A stretch of 64,000 nucleotides of DNA, taken from NCBI GenBank assembly GCA_049521075.1, contig JBEKPD010000003.1:47766-111765 (forward strand), written 5' to 3'. A program made the translations under genes and the position numbers. The notes beneath the pieces were generated by a model that saw nothing but the letters and a program-made list of their open reading frames with translations, made no database searches and had not been told where the DNA came from. Positions 34,814 through 45,264 of this stretch are shown here, one piece after another; positions within the stretch are counted from its first letter, which is position 1; each line of letters opens with the position of its first letter. Source of the stretch: Terracidiphilus sp. (GTDB lineage Bacteria > Acidobacteriota > Terriglobia > Terriglobales > Acidobacteriaceae).

Positions 34814-37756
34814 TTAGAACGTCGTCGAGACTGTCAGGCGGAAGGTTTTGCGCGGCTCGCGGAAGATGTATTGCTGCCCGTAAGATTCGATAGCTTCGCA
34901 GTAGGTGTAGGTTCCCGCGTTGTTGGCGGAGCCGTTGCAACTCGAACTGGCGTTGGGGAACATGTCGGGGGTAATCAGCTTGGTGTTGCAGCTGAACTGG
35001 CCGGTGGTCCCACCGGTAAGCTCGGTAGGGCAGAACGGCCGCTCGTAGAGGCGAAGCGGGTTATAGGCGTAGAAGAGCCTGAATGGCGCGTTGATGATGG
35101 GCATCACCACCGAGAGCTCCGCCCCGGTGGACATGCGGGGCACGAAGTTAGTGCCGGGCACCGGGTGAATGTCTTGCTTGAAGCCGACCTGCGAGCCTGG
35201 AATGCCGCCCTCGCAGGCGCCGTTGTTGAAGACCGGGCAGCCGTAAAGTGGCGCGGTGAGGGAAGCAAAGCCTTCGGGGCTTTGCCTCAACTGTCCATGG
35301 TTGACCGCCGCATCGATGCCGAAGTCGTCGAAGAACGCAAACGTGAAGGGCCCGACGACGGGAATGCGGTACTCGAGGTTGGTGGTCATCATGGAGTCGC
35401 CGCCGACGGAGGCGATGCCGTAGACAGGTAGCGGCACCTGAATGCACTGGTTGTCTTGCGGGTTGTTCACGTCGCGCGGCACGCAGCTGCCGTCAGGATT
35501 TGTGAGCTGGAAATTGACGCGGGTGGGCACGTAGCCGTAGGGCGTGGTGCTACGCACGTCGAAGCCCCGCAGATCCATCTCGCCGCCGTTGAAGAAGCGG
35601 TTGTTGGGCGGCGCCACGTCGCCCGAGATGCCCTGGATGTAACCCAACTGCATGCGAATGCCCAGAGTGTTGCGTCCCGAGTTCGTCGCGATCAGGTAGT
35701 GCATGGGGATGAAGCGCTTGTAAGCAACGGCCGTATTGACATAGCGCACGTCGCCCCACAGGCCCGCAAGCTGCAGGTAAGCGGTGTACTCCTTGCCGTC
35801 GTGCGGCTTCAGCGGGTTCGAAACCGTGTTGTAGGAGTAACTGAGGCCGACGGAGCTGTTGATAATGCCGGCCAGAGGGTTCGAGCCCTGCACTCCAGAG
35901 CGAAAAGCGATGGTCTGGAAGAAGGTTTGCGAAGCCGTGCTAAAAGCCGTGATGGACGATTTCGTCCACGAATACGTGACGCCCACGCGCTGGAAGGCGT
36001 GCCGCTTGAGCGGGTAACTGACGGAGAAATTGAAGCCGTCGGACCCGACGTTGTAGTTCTGCGTGAGCGACTTCTCGGCGGTGGACAGATTCAACGACGC
36101 GCCAGTGGTGGTCTGGTAGTTCTTCTGCGCGTTGTAATCCTGCTTGTTGTTGAAGACCTGGAAGCCCAAATTGATTGGGCGGTTGCGGACATACGGCTGG
36201 GTGAAGCCGAAGAGGAAGGTACGGCTGATCGAGCCCAGATTGGCCTGCAGGCTCAGGGTTTCGCCCAATCCCAAGAAGTTGTTGGTCTGGTAGTTCACGC
36301 CGAGGAATGCGCCGGAATAGCCGCTGACGCCGCCATTCATGCCGATCGAGTTCTTGCCCTTCTCCTTTACCTTGAGGAGCAGGTCGACGGTGCCGGCATC
36401 GGGATCCTGATGCGCTTCGGAGTCCTGATCGACCTTGAGCGGATCGAAGTATTCCAACTGGTTGAGGCGCAGCAGGCTGTACTCCCAGAGCTGCGAGTTG
36501 TAGACCGAACCCTCGTCGAGCATCAACTCGCGGCGGATGACGCGATCGCGGGTGATGGTGTTGCCCTGAAACTCGATGCGCGAGACAAAGAATTGCTTGC
36601 CCTCGTCGATGTCGATATTCATGGACACGGTCTTCTTTTCTTCGTCAGTGGTCAGCTTGGGCACCGCGCCAAAGTTAATGTAACCCAGGCTTCCGTAAGC
36701 CTTCTTCAGGTTGTCGAGTCCCTTGGCGACGGCCGTGGCGTTGAACCAGTCGCCGTCCTTGATGGCGAAGGTGGAGCGCAGGGCCTTGATATTCGTGATC
36801 TGCTTATTGCCGGTGAAGGTGATGGAGCCCAGCCGGTAGCGGCCGCCTTCTTCAATGGTCATCTGAATGTCGATGCGCTTGCCCTTGCTCGGCCGGAAGG
36901 TGAACCAGTTCAGGCCGCCTTCGTCGCGGATCTGCGTCTTCGGCTCCTCGACGGCAGCGTTGGCGTAACCCTTGTCGCGGTAGGCCTGGCGCACGCGCTC
37001 GGTGTCTTCCTCGAGCTTCGTGGAGTCGTAGGTCTGGGAGAAGAGATCCTCAAAGATGATGGAGTAGGGAATGCCGATGGGCTTCAGGTTCTTCATGGAC
37101 CGGCGCAGTTCAAGCCCGCTGAGGTGTCGATTGCCCGCGAACTCGATCTTGCCTACCTTCACCACAGGGCCTTCCTTGATATTGAAGTTCACCTGCACCG
37201 AGGCTGGAGGAATGGTTTTGACGTCAGTCTTGATAGTGGCGAACTGGTGGCCATGCTCGGCGAGCAGCCGCTTGATGGAAGCTTCGGCCAGCTTGATCTT
37301 GGTGGGATCGTACTGGCTTTCGACCGAGAGGCCGACCTTCTCTTTTTTGAAGCGGTCGAGCACATCTGACTGCGAGACGCTGTTCAAGCCCTTGTAATTG
37401 ATCTCGCGGATGCTTGGCTTCTCAGTGACAAAGACGTTAAGAATGACGCCTTTTTCGGAGTCCTCGCGTTCGATGCGCAGATTCTCGAAATAGCCCGTGT
37501 TCCAAAGCGAATGGAAGTCGCGCTCGATAGAGATGGGATCGTAGGGATCGCCGGGATGGGTGAACATCCGGGCCAGGATGGTTTCCTTGGGGATGCGCCG
37601 ATTGCCGATTACCCTGACCTGGTCGATGGTGTCCGCTGTCGGGGTCTGGGCCAGGGCCGCGCCGGCGGTAGACGCCAGAATCAGAATGACGGCAAAGCGC
37701 GCAACGCGTCGCGCAAACCAGCCGACGCGAGAGATGGAAGTGTGCTTGATCTTCAC
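34814..37756 (-). CDS. bamA: Outer-membrane protein assembly factor BamA
   Basis: Five POTRA repeats (VIGNRRI, FQGNTITRDRVIRRE), NFLGLG, LRGF loop motif, C-terminal Phe. GTG start chosen at 37756. Confidence 0.96.
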   Translation of the reverse strand: MKIKHTSISRVGWFARRVARFAVILILASTAGAALAQTPTADTIDQVRVIGNRRIPKETILARMFTHPGDPYDPISIERDFHSLWNTGYFENLRIEREDSEKGVILNVFVTEKPSIREINYKGLNSVSQSDVLDRFKKEKVGLSVESQYDPTKIKLAEASIKRLLAEHGHQFATIKTDVKTIPPASVQVNFNIKEGPVVKVGKIEFAGNRHLSGLELRRSMKNLKPIGIPYSIIFEDLFSQTYDSTKLEEDTERVRQAYRDKGYANAAVEEPKTQIRDEGGLNWFTFRPSKGKRIDIQMTIEEGGRYRLGSITFTGNKQITNIKALRSTFAIKDGDWFNATAVAKGLDNLKKAYGSLGYINFGAVPKLTTDEEKKTVSMNIDIDEGKQFFVSRIEFQGNTITRDRVIRRELMLDEGSVYNSQLWEYSLLRLNQLEYFDPLKVDQDSEAHQDPDAGTVDLLLKVKEKGKNSIGMNGGVSGYSGAFLGVNYQTNNFLGLGETLSLQANLGSISRTFLFGFTQPYVRNRPINLGFQVFNNKQDYNAQKNYQTTTGASLNLSTAEKSLTQNYNVGSDGFNFSVSYPLKRHAFQRVGVTYSWTKSSITAFSTASQTFFQTIAFRSGVQGSNPLAGIINSSVGLSYSYNTVSNPLKPHDGKEYTAYLQLAGLWGDVRYVNTAVAYKRFIPMHYLIATNSGRNTLGIRMQLGYIQGISGDVAPPNNRFFNGGEMDLRGFDVRSTTPYGYVPTRVNFQLTNPDGSCVPRDVNNPQDNQCIQVPLPVYGIASVGGDSMMTTNLEYRIPVVGPFTFAFFDDFGIDAAVNHGQLRQSPEGFASLTAPLYGCPVFNNGACEGGIPGSQVGFKQDIHPVPGTNFVPRMSTGAELSVVMPIINAPFRLFYAYNPLRLYERPFCPTELTGGTTGQFSCNTKLITPDMFPNASSSCNGSANNAGTYTYCEAIESYGQQYIFREPRKTFRLTVSTTF

Positions 37757-38497
37757 CGGGTTTGAGCCCTGCGGCGAGCACAAATACTCTTTCGTACCAT
37801 TGTTCTGCTTCACAGGAAGAATTTGCACACCCTCATTGCTGAAAATCTGGTCTTACCTTTAGGAAAGATCGATTCTACAAGACCGCAGCCACTCGGCCCA
37901 AACTTCGCGCCCCGCCGACAGGTCCTTCGACAGGTCCTGGTCGCGGAGGCAAAAGCACCGGGGGCCGGCAAGCAGCTTTTGAACCGTATCCTTCCCACAA
38001 AATCCCTACCGCGCCAGGCGCCGAAAGCAGGGCCGAATCCCTCGTTGGAATCCATTTCCCAGTCTACCGGACTCAGACGGGTTGCGGCTGCTGTGCATCC
38101 CTCCTGGCAATATGTCCCCTTAGACGCGCCGCAGCGGCTCATGGCACTCTGGCAACGCGAATCAGGCCTTGTGCCGGATCGATGGCTGAGCCAAGCCCAG
38201 CGGGCAGCGGCACGGCCCGGGAAAGCCGAATCTTTTAGCTTACCCGGCCATCTTTAATAGGGAAGCAAGGCGCGGTAAGCGTGCTTGTGCCCACCGTCAT
38301 TGTCATTTGTTTCAGCTACCATATTCTTATTCAAGTGACACTGTGGCTGGGCTGCGCACAAGCACGGTCCGGCCGGAAGCGCGAGAAGTCGGCGCGAACC
38401 GGACAGCGGCTGCGCTTGACCCTGCATCCGGCAGGAGCGAGCGCGGTTCGGTTGCGGATCTAAAGAGAACGCCGGCCGAGGAGCAGAAACCAGCCCT

Positions 38498-41400
38498 ATG
38501 ATGTGGATTGTCCGGCTTGCGCTGAGGCGGCCTTACACCTTTGCCGTCTTTGCCCTGCTGATCTTGATCCTTGGCGTCTTCAGCATCGAATCGATGCCCA
38601 CGGACATCTTTCCCAACATCGACATCCCGGTGGTGACGGTGGTGTGGAACTACACCGGATTGTCGGCCGATCAGATCGCTGACCGCATCGTAACCAATGC
38701 CGAGCGGGGCATGACTACGACGGTCAACGACATCGACCACATCGAGTCGCAATCGCTGGTGGGCGTCGGGCTCATCAAGGTCTTTTTTCATCCCGGCGTG
38801 AATATTGGCGAGGCAGTAGCTGAAATTACGGCCATCAGCCAGGTGCAACTGCGCTCACTGCCTCCGGGCACTACCCCGCCCTTCATCATTCAATACAACG
38901 CGTCAAGCGTGCCTGTGCTGCAACTGGGACTCTCCGGCCCTGGCTTGAACGAGCAGCAGTTGAACGATCTGGCTACGAATACCATCCGCGTTCAATTGGC
39001 GACCGTCGAGGGCGCGCAGTCGCCCTTTCCCTATGGCGGCAAGATGCGCCAGATTCAGGTGGACCTGGATCTGGACGCATTGCAGGCGCGCGGCCTTTCG
39101 CCCTCCGACGTGGTCACTGCCATTGCAGCGCAAAACCTCATCGCGCCGTCGGGGACGATGAAGCTCGACCGCTTCGAATACGAGGTGGAAACCAACTCCG
39201 CGCCCTCGCTGTTAGGCGCGCTGAACGACCTGCCCGTGAAAACCGTGAACGGCGCCGTGGTTTATATCCGCGACGTGGCGCACGTGCGCGACGGCAATCC
39301 CCCGCAGACCAACATCGTCCGCGTGGATGGTAAGCGGGCGATCATGATGAACATCATGAAGATCGGCTCGTCTTCCACGCTGGACATTATTAAGGGAGTG
39401 CGCCAGATCGTCAACAGCCCCAGCCTGCGGGGCCAGTTGCCGCCGCAGCTGAAGATCGTCCCCGTCTCCGATCAGTCGATCTTCGTGCGTAATTCCATTG
39501 AGGGCGTGATTCACGAGGCGCTCATCGCGGCCTGCCTCACGGCGATCATGATCCTGGTCTTCCTGGGCAGCTGGCGGTCCACGCTCATCATCGCGGTATC
39601 GATTCCGCTCTCCATTCTGTGTTCACTGTGCGTGCTCTACGCGCTGCACCAGACCATCAACATCATGACCCTGGGCGGACTGGCACTGGCCGTGGGCATT
39701 CTAGTGGACGACGCCACGGTCGAAATCGAAAACATCAATCGCAACCTGGAATCCGGCAAGGAGATCGAGCAGGCCATTCTCGACGGCGCGGCGCAGATCG
39801 CCACCCCGGCCCTGGTTTCCACGCTCGCCATCTGCATCGTGTTCGTGCCCATGTTCCTGTTGAGCGGCGTGGCGCGCTACCTTTTTGTGCCTCTGGCAGA
39901 AGCAGTGGTCTTCGCCATGCTGGCCAGCTACCTGCTTTCGCGCACCGTGGTGCCCACCATGGCGCGCTACCTGCTGAAGGAACACGACGACGCCGAAGTC
40001 CAGCGCAAACACTCCAGCCGCAATCCGCTGGTGCGGTTTCAGCTCGCCTTCGAGGAGCGCTTTGAAAGGATGCGCCACGGCTACATGAATCTGCTCGTGG
40101 TGTGCGTCGACCATCCCGGATGGCTCATCGGAGGTTTTCTGGTTTTCACGCTGGCTTCAGTCGGACTAATCGGGCCATGGCTTGGTCAGGACTTTTTCCC
40201 ATCCGTCGACTCCGGCCAGTTCACGATTCACGTCCGCGCCCACACCGGTACGCGCATTGAAGAGACGGCCGCGCTTTGCGATCACGTGGAGCAGACCATA
40301 CGGCAGGAGATTCCGCCCGGAGAATTGAACACGATCCTCGACAACATCGGCCTGCCTTACTCGTCGCTGAATCTTTCCTACTCCGTTTCTGCGCCCGTAG
40401 GCCCCTCCGACGCAGACATCCAGGTGCAGCTGACGCCGCACCATCATTCCACCGAGGCATACGTGGAGCGCCTGCGCGGCGAGTTGGCCCGCGATTATCC
40501 CGGCGTGACGTTCTACACTGTGCCCGTCGACATCGTGACGCAAATCCTCAACTTTGGCCTGGCCGCGCCCATCGATATTCAGATCGTGGGGCCCAATCTC
40601 TACGCCAATCGCGCACTCGCCGAGCACATGCTGAACGAGGTGCGTTACGTACCGGGCGCCGTCGACTCGCGCATCCAGCAGCCGTTCAACTATCCGAACT
40701 TCACGGTGAACGTGGACCGCACGCGCGCCGCTTCAACCGGATTGACGCAGCAAAACGTGGCGCAGAGCCTGCTTGTGGCGTTGAGCGGCAGCTTCCAGAC
40801 TAGCCCGAGCTTCTATCTCGATCCGCATAACGGCGTTTCGTATAGCATCGCGATTCAGTCGCCGCAATATCGCATGGACACAATGGCGCAACTCGAGAGC
40901 CTGCCCATCACGGGGAGCGGCTCGATCCGCACAACTGGCATAGCGCCCTCTACAGTAGCTCCGGGATCGGATGCTTCGGCGGCGCCGGGAGCAGCACCCA
41001 CGGCCGCGCCCGGGGCTCCCGTGCCCACGCAGGTGCTTGGCAATCTGGCCGCAGTTGTCCCCGGGGCCGAGCAAGGTCTGGTGAGCCATTACAACATTCA
41101 GCCGGTCATCGACATTTACACCAACGTGGAAGGCACAGACCTGGGCAGCGTAACCCGCGCCATGGAAAAGATCGTCGCCAACCACCAGAAGGAGCTGCCC
41201 AAAGGCTCGCGGTTCAACCTGCGCGGGCAAAGCGAAACCATGTACCGGTCCTATATCGGCCTGTTGACCGGCCTCGCGTTCTCGATCCTGCTGGTTTATC
41301 TGCTCGTCGTGGTCAACTTTCAATCCTGGCTCGATCCGTTTCTTATCATCGCGGCGCTGCCTGCGGCGCTGGCCGGAATCACATGGTTTCTGTTCCTGAC

Positions 41401-41824
41401 GAATACGCACCTCAGTGTGCCGGCTCTCACCGGCGCCATCATGTGCATGGGCGTGGCCACAGCCAACTCCATCCTGGTGGTGAGCTTTGCGCGCGAACAA
41501 CTGGAAATCCTGGTGGGCGATGCGCGCCAGGCGGCCCTGAACGCGGGTTTTGTCCGCTTGCGTCCGGTGATCATGACCGCGCTCGCCATGATCATCGGCA
41601 TGGTTCCTATGTCCCTCGGTCTTGGCGAAGGCGGCGAGCAGAATGCGCCACTCGGCCGAGCGGTGATTGGCGGCCTGCTGCTGGCTACGGGCGCCACATT
41701 ATTTTTTGTGCCCGTATTCTTCTCCTTCATCCACGGCCATCTTGAGCACAGGCGTAAAACGCGCGCCGCTTCCGCCGGCCGCTCTTCCATTGAATTCGAT
41801 GAATTCGACGAGACCCTGGAGTAG
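38498..41824 (+). CDS. RND efflux permease (AcrB/AcrD/AcrF superfamily)
   Basis: MPTDIFPNIDIP, GILVDDATV, RLRPVIMT, PLGRAVIGG; two sets of TM helices. Confidence 0.95.
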   Translation: MMWIVRLALRRPYTFAVFALLILILGVFSIESMPTDIFPNIDIPVVTVVWNYTGLSADQIADRIVTNAERGMTTTVNDIDHIESQSLVGVGLIKVFFHPGVNIGEAVAEITAISQVQLRSLPPGTTPPFIIQYNASSVPVLQLGLSGPGLNEQQLNDLATNTIRVQLATVEGAQSPFPYGGKMRQIQVDLDLDALQARGLSPSDVVTAIAAQNLIAPSGTMKLDRFEYEVETNSAPSLLGALNDLPVKTVNGAVVYIRDVAHVRDGNPPQTNIVRVDGKRAIMMNIMKIGSSSTLDIIKGVRQIVNSPSLRGQLPPQLKIVPVSDQSIFVRNSIEGVIHEALIAACLTAIMILVFLGSWRSTLIIAVSIPLSILCSLCVLYALHQTINIMTLGGLALAVGILVDDATVEIENINRNLESGKEIEQAILDGAAQIATPALVSTLAICIVFVPMFLLSGVARYLFVPLAEAVVFAMLASYLLSRTVVPTMARYLLKEHDDAEVQRKHSSRNPLVRFQLAFEERFERMRHGYMNLLVVCVDHPGWLIGGFLVFTLASVGLIGPWLGQDFFPSVDSGQFTIHVRAHTGTRIEETAALCDHVEQTIRQEIPPGELNTILDNIGLPYSSLNLSYSVSAPVGPSDADIQVQLTPHHHSTEAYVERLRGELARDYPGVTFYTVPVDIVTQILNFGLAAPIDIQIVGPNLYANRALAEHMLNEVRYVPGAVDSRIQQPFNYPNFTVNVDRTRAASTGLTQQNVAQSLLVALSGSFQTSPSFYLDPHNGVSYSIAIQSPQYRMDTMAQLESLPITGSGSIRTTGIAPSTVAPGSDASAAPGAAPTAAPGAPVPTQVLGNLAAVVPGAEQGLVSHYNIQPVIDIYTNVEGTDLGSVTRAMEKIVANHQKELPKGSRFNLRGQSETMYRSYIGLLTGLAFSILLVYLLVVVNFQSWLDPFLIIAALPAALAGITWFLFLTNTHLSVPALTGAIMCMGVATANSILVVSFAREQLEILVGDARQAALNAGFVRLRPVIMTALAMIIGMVPMSLGLGEGGEQNAPLGRAVIGGLLLATGATLFFVPVFFSFIHGHLEHRRKTRAASAGRSSIEFDEFDETLE

Positions 41825-41830
41825 TTGCCT

Positions 41831-43063
41831 ATGAACCAACAATACAATCCGAATCCTCAACAGGGACCCCAACACGGTATGGACGGCTACAAGGCCGCCG
41901 CCGGACAAAAGCCCACCTCGCCGCGCAAAGTCCTCACGGGTGCAGGCGTGGTTCTGCTGATCCTGGTTGTGCTCGCGGCCATTGGCATTCTCGACCGCCT
42001 GCACGCCCACTCGGTTCTCGCCCAGCGCACTTACGAGCTGGCCGCACCGACGGTAAACGTGGCTCCGGCACAGCCCGGCGCCCCCGTGGACACTTTCGTG
42101 CTGCCGGGCAATGTGACTGCCTATACCGACTCGCCGATCTACGCGCGCACCGACGGTTACCTGGTTCACTGGTACTACGACATCGGCGCACACGTGAAGA
42201 AAGGCGCCTTGCTGGCAACCATCGACACGCCCGAGCTCGACCGGCAAGTGATGCAGGCCGAAGCCGACCTGGCCACCGCCGAAACCAACGCCGGCAACGC
42301 AAAAGTGCAGGCCGAGCGCTACTCGGGGCTGGTCAAATCCGATGCCGTATCGCAGATCGACACCGACACTTTCAACACGCAGGCTGCCGCCACTGCCTCC
42401 ACAGTCAAGTCCGCTCAAGCCAACGTGCAGCGGCTGAAAGAAATGCAGGCGTTTGAGAAGGTCTATGCGCCGTTTGAGGGCGTGGTGACCGCGCGCACGG
42501 TGGACACCGGCCAGTTGATCAACCAGGGCGCCGGCACTGAGCTCTTTCACATGCAGGCGATAGACACACTGCGCGTGTATGCGAATGTGCCGCAACTTTA
42601 CGCGCAGACGCTCGCGCGCGGCAGGAAGATCGACCTCACCTTTCCCGAACATCCGGGAAAGACTTACGTTGGTACGCTGGTGCGCACGGCCGACGCCATC
42701 GATCCCTCGAGCCGCACCCTGTTAACCGAAATCGACGTGAACAACCGCTCCGGCGAGCTGATGCCCGGGGCACTGGCGCAAGTTCACTTCAAAACGCCGA
42801 ACGTCAACCGCACCTTTATTGTGCCCACCCCAGCCCTGATCTTTCGGCGCGACGGCATGCAGGTAGGTACGGTAGTGAATGGCGAGACGGCGCGGCTGGT
42901 GCAGGTGGTGATCGGCGAAGACGATGGAGCCACAGTGCAGATCGTCAACGGCTTGAACCAGGGTGACCAGATTATCCAGGATCCGCCTGACTCGCTGATC
43001 GATGGCGAGAAGGTGACCGTGGTGCAGCCCGGACGCACACCCACTTCCGCGGGGAGCAAGTAG
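41831..43063 (+). CDS. RND periplasmic adaptor (membrane fusion protein)
   Basis: N-terminal TM, IYARTDGYL, VYAPFEGVVTAR, LMPG. Confidence 0.93.
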   Translation: MNQQYNPNPQQGPQHGMDGYKAAAGQKPTSPRKVLTGAGVVLLILVVLAAIGILDRLHAHSVLAQRTYELAAPTVNVAPAQPGAPVDTFVLPGNVTAYTDSPIYARTDGYLVHWYYDIGAHVKKGALLATIDTPELDRQVMQAEADLATAETNAGNAKVQAERYSGLVKSDAVSQIDTDTFNTQAAATASTVKSAQANVQRLKEMQAFEKVYAPFEGVVTARTVDTGQLINQGAGTELFHMQAIDTLRVYANVPQLYAQTLARGRKIDLTFPEHPGKTYVGTLVRTADAIDPSSRTLLTEIDVNNRSGELMPGALAQVHFKTPNVNRTFIVPTPALIFRRDGMQVGTVVNGETARLVQVVIGEDDGATVQIVNGLNQGDQIIQDPPDSLIDGEKVTVVQPGRTPTSAGSK

Positions 43064-43065
43064 CA

Positions 43066-44625
43066 ATGGCGCGTCGGCTCACAAAATCGCCGGCAAAGTG
43101 GACGGGAGAACTGCGCAGGCTAACTCGCGCCTTCGCGCTCTTGCTCCCTGCCGAGGTCCCCCGGGAGCGGTCTTTGCTCGCTGGGGTGACTTGCTCCCTG
43201 CTTCTCTTCACCGGTTGCAAACCCGTTGGTCCCGACTATCATCGCCCCGGCTACGATGCGCCGGCGGTGTACAAGGAAGCGGGCGCATCGACGGTGACGC
43301 CTCCTGCGAATCCCTCCGGCGGTGCATGGCAACCGGCCAATCCCTCCGACGGCATGTTGAAGGGCAAGTGGTGGGAGATCTACCAGGATCCGCAACTCAA
43401 CCAGCTCGAAGAGCGCATTGCGACCAACAACGTGCAGCTCAAGCAGGCGCTCGAAACCTATCTCGCCGCGCGGGACCAGGTGATCGCAGCGCGCGCCAAC
43501 CTCTATCCCACGCTCTCAGTGGACGTGACATCCCAGGGCCAAAAGTATTCAGCTAATCAACCGCTATGGAATAAGGCCAATGCAACCACCTACGCAGACC
43601 TGACCATTGCGGGGCAAGCCAGTTGGGAGCCGGATTTCTGGGGCCGCGTCCGGCGCACGGTGGAGCAGGTCAGAGCCAACGCGCAGGCCAGCGCAGCCGA
43701 AGCCGCAAGCGTCGACCTGACCTTGCACGCGGAGCTCGCGGCCGACTACTTTGCCCTGCGCGGGATCGACGCCGAGATCAAGCTGCTGACGACAACGGTC
43801 GCGGACCTCGAACGCCAGCTTGACCTGACCCAGCGGCGTTTTTCGGGCGGCGTGGCGACAGCAGTCGATGTAGCGCAGGCGCAGACCCAGCTCGAGACGG
43901 TCCGCGCGCAGCTTGTCGATCTGGGCGTGGCGCGCGCACAGTTCGAACACGCCATCGGGACCATCGCCAACTACGATCTTTCCGGCTTCAGCATCCCTTC
44001 ATCACCACTCGATCTCACGCTGCCGAAGGTTCCGCTCGGACTGCCGTCGCAATTGCTCGAGCGCCGGCCCGACATTGCCGCGCAGGAACGGCTGGCCGCC
44101 GCGGCCAACGCGCAGATCGGCATCCAGGTCAGCGCCTTCTATCCCACCATCACGCTCAATGCCACCGGCGGCTTTCAAAGTACGAATCCGGGCACGTGGA
44201 TTCAGGGACCGAGCACGATGTGGACGCTCGGCGGGCAGGCCGCGGAGCTCCTGTTCGATGCCGGGCAGCGCCACGCTCTCACGGATGCCGCGCGCCACAA
44301 CTACGAAGCCCAGGCGGACGGTTATCGCAACACGATCTTTGGGGCTTTCGAAGACGTGGAAGACCAGCTCGCCGGCCTGCGCATTCTCGAGCAGGAAACC
44401 CTGGTGGAGCAGCGCGCGGTGGATTCGGCGCGGCACTCTTTTGACTTAGCGAACGGCCGTTACAAAGGCGGCGTCACCAGCTATCTCGAGGTCCTGACCG
44501 CCGAGCAGACGCTTTTGCAGGACCAGGTGACGGCTATCAACATCGAAAGCCGTCAGTTCGCAGCCAGCGTGAGCCTGGTGCGCGCCCTTGGCGGTGGGTG
44601 GGACGTCAGCCAACTACCAAAGTAA
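43066..44625 (+). CDS. Outer-membrane factor lipoprotein (NodT/OprM family)
   Basis: Lipobox FTGC, VGPDY, SWEPDFWGR, LLERRPDI, LVRALGGGW. Confidence 0.93.
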   Translation: MARRLTKSPAKWTGELRRLTRAFALLLPAEVPRERSLLAGVTCSLLLFTGCKPVGPDYHRPGYDAPAVYKEAGASTVTPPANPSGGAWQPANPSDGMLKGKWWEIYQDPQLNQLEERIATNNVQLKQALETYLAARDQVIAARANLYPTLSVDVTSQGQKYSANQPLWNKANATTYADLTIAGQASWEPDFWGRVRRTVEQVRANAQASAAEAASVDLTLHAELAADYFALRGIDAEIKLLTTTVADLERQLDLTQRRFSGGVATAVDVAQAQTQLETVRAQLVDLGVARAQFEHAIGTIANYDLSGFSIPSSPLDLTLPKVPLGLPSQLLERRPDIAAQERLAAAANAQIGIQVSAFYPTITLNATGGFQSTNPGTWIQGPSTMWTLGGQAAELLFDAGQRHALTDAARHNYEAQADGYRNTIFGAFEDVEDQLAGLRILEQETLVEQRAVDSARHSFDLANGRYKGGVTSYLEVLTAEQTLLQDQVTAINIESRQFAASVSLVRALGGGWDVSQLPK

Positions 44626-44649
44626 TGACTGGCGCATTGGCGACGTGTG

Positions 44650-45264
44650 CTATCCGGACGCGGCCTGTTCCCTGCGAAGCAAATACATGGGGTGCATGAG
44701 GCCAGTGGGGATGTAGAGTTTGTCGCCCTGGTACGCGAAACCAAGCTTGATCAGCAGGCGGCCCGACGCGACGTTTTGCGGGTGATGCCCGGCAACGATT
44801 GCCGTGGCGCCTAGCGGACCGAATGCCCTGGGGATGATGGCTTCGGCCGCTTCACGCGCGATTCCCCGCCCCCAGAACTCCGGGAGCAAGTGGACTCCCA
44901 TTTCATAGCTGGCTTTACCGGCCTCGTAAGGGCGTATACCTGCGCAGCCCGCGTGACGGCCATCGGCGACGAGAAAGACCGACCAGTATTGCATTCCGTA
45001 TTGATTTTGTTGTTCGATCTCCTGGGCGAGCCGTTTGAGTGCTACATCGCGCGTCCATGGGCCGCCGATCAGCGCCGTCACCTGCGGATTGCACCAGAGA
45101 TCGATTGCGAGATCCTCGTCGCGGGCAGTCCAGCAGCGGAAGCCCAGGCGCTTTGTGGTGAGGAAGTAGCCCGGCGGGTCCGCGGGCTCTGAAACAGATG
45201 GGTTGGCGGAAGGTTGGCGAACACTCGCGGGCGCACCTTCGACGCCTTCCCAGTACTGGCTCAT
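44650..45264 (-). CDS. GNAT N-acetyltransferase (RimJ/RimL-like)
   Basis: LTTKRLGFR, EMGVHLLPEFWGRGIARE, NVASGRLLIKLGF; ATGA overlap with cysE. Confidence 0.9.
   Translation of the reverse strand: MSQYWEGVEGAPASVRQPSANPSVSEPADPPGYFLTTKRLGFRCWTARDEDLAIDLWCNPQVTALIGGPWTRDVALKRLAQEIEQQNQYGMQYWSVFLVADGRHAGCAGIRPYEAGKASYEMGVHLLPEFWGRGIAREAAEAIIPRAFGPLGATAIVAGHHPQNVASGRLLIKLGFAYQGDKLYIPTGLMHPMYLLRREQAASG

Noticed and set aside
35456-37369. 637-aa ORF antisense to bamA (also 18782-20149, 27717-29069, 60999-62387, 21253-22326 and many shorter ones)
   Set aside because: Shadow ORFs opposite well-supported genes; expected in high-GC DNA; no recognisable motifs.
37823-38257. 144-aa ORF in the bamA/RND divergent spacer
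   Set aside because: Low-complexity Pro/Arg/Gln composition, TTG-type start overlapping the bamA upstream region, no RBS; probably promoter DNA.
38298-38312. GTCATT GTCATT direct repeat upstream of the RND operon as an OmpR/PhoB-type box
   Set aside because: Repeat spacing is 6 bp rather than the ~10-11 bp needed for tandem response-regulator binding.
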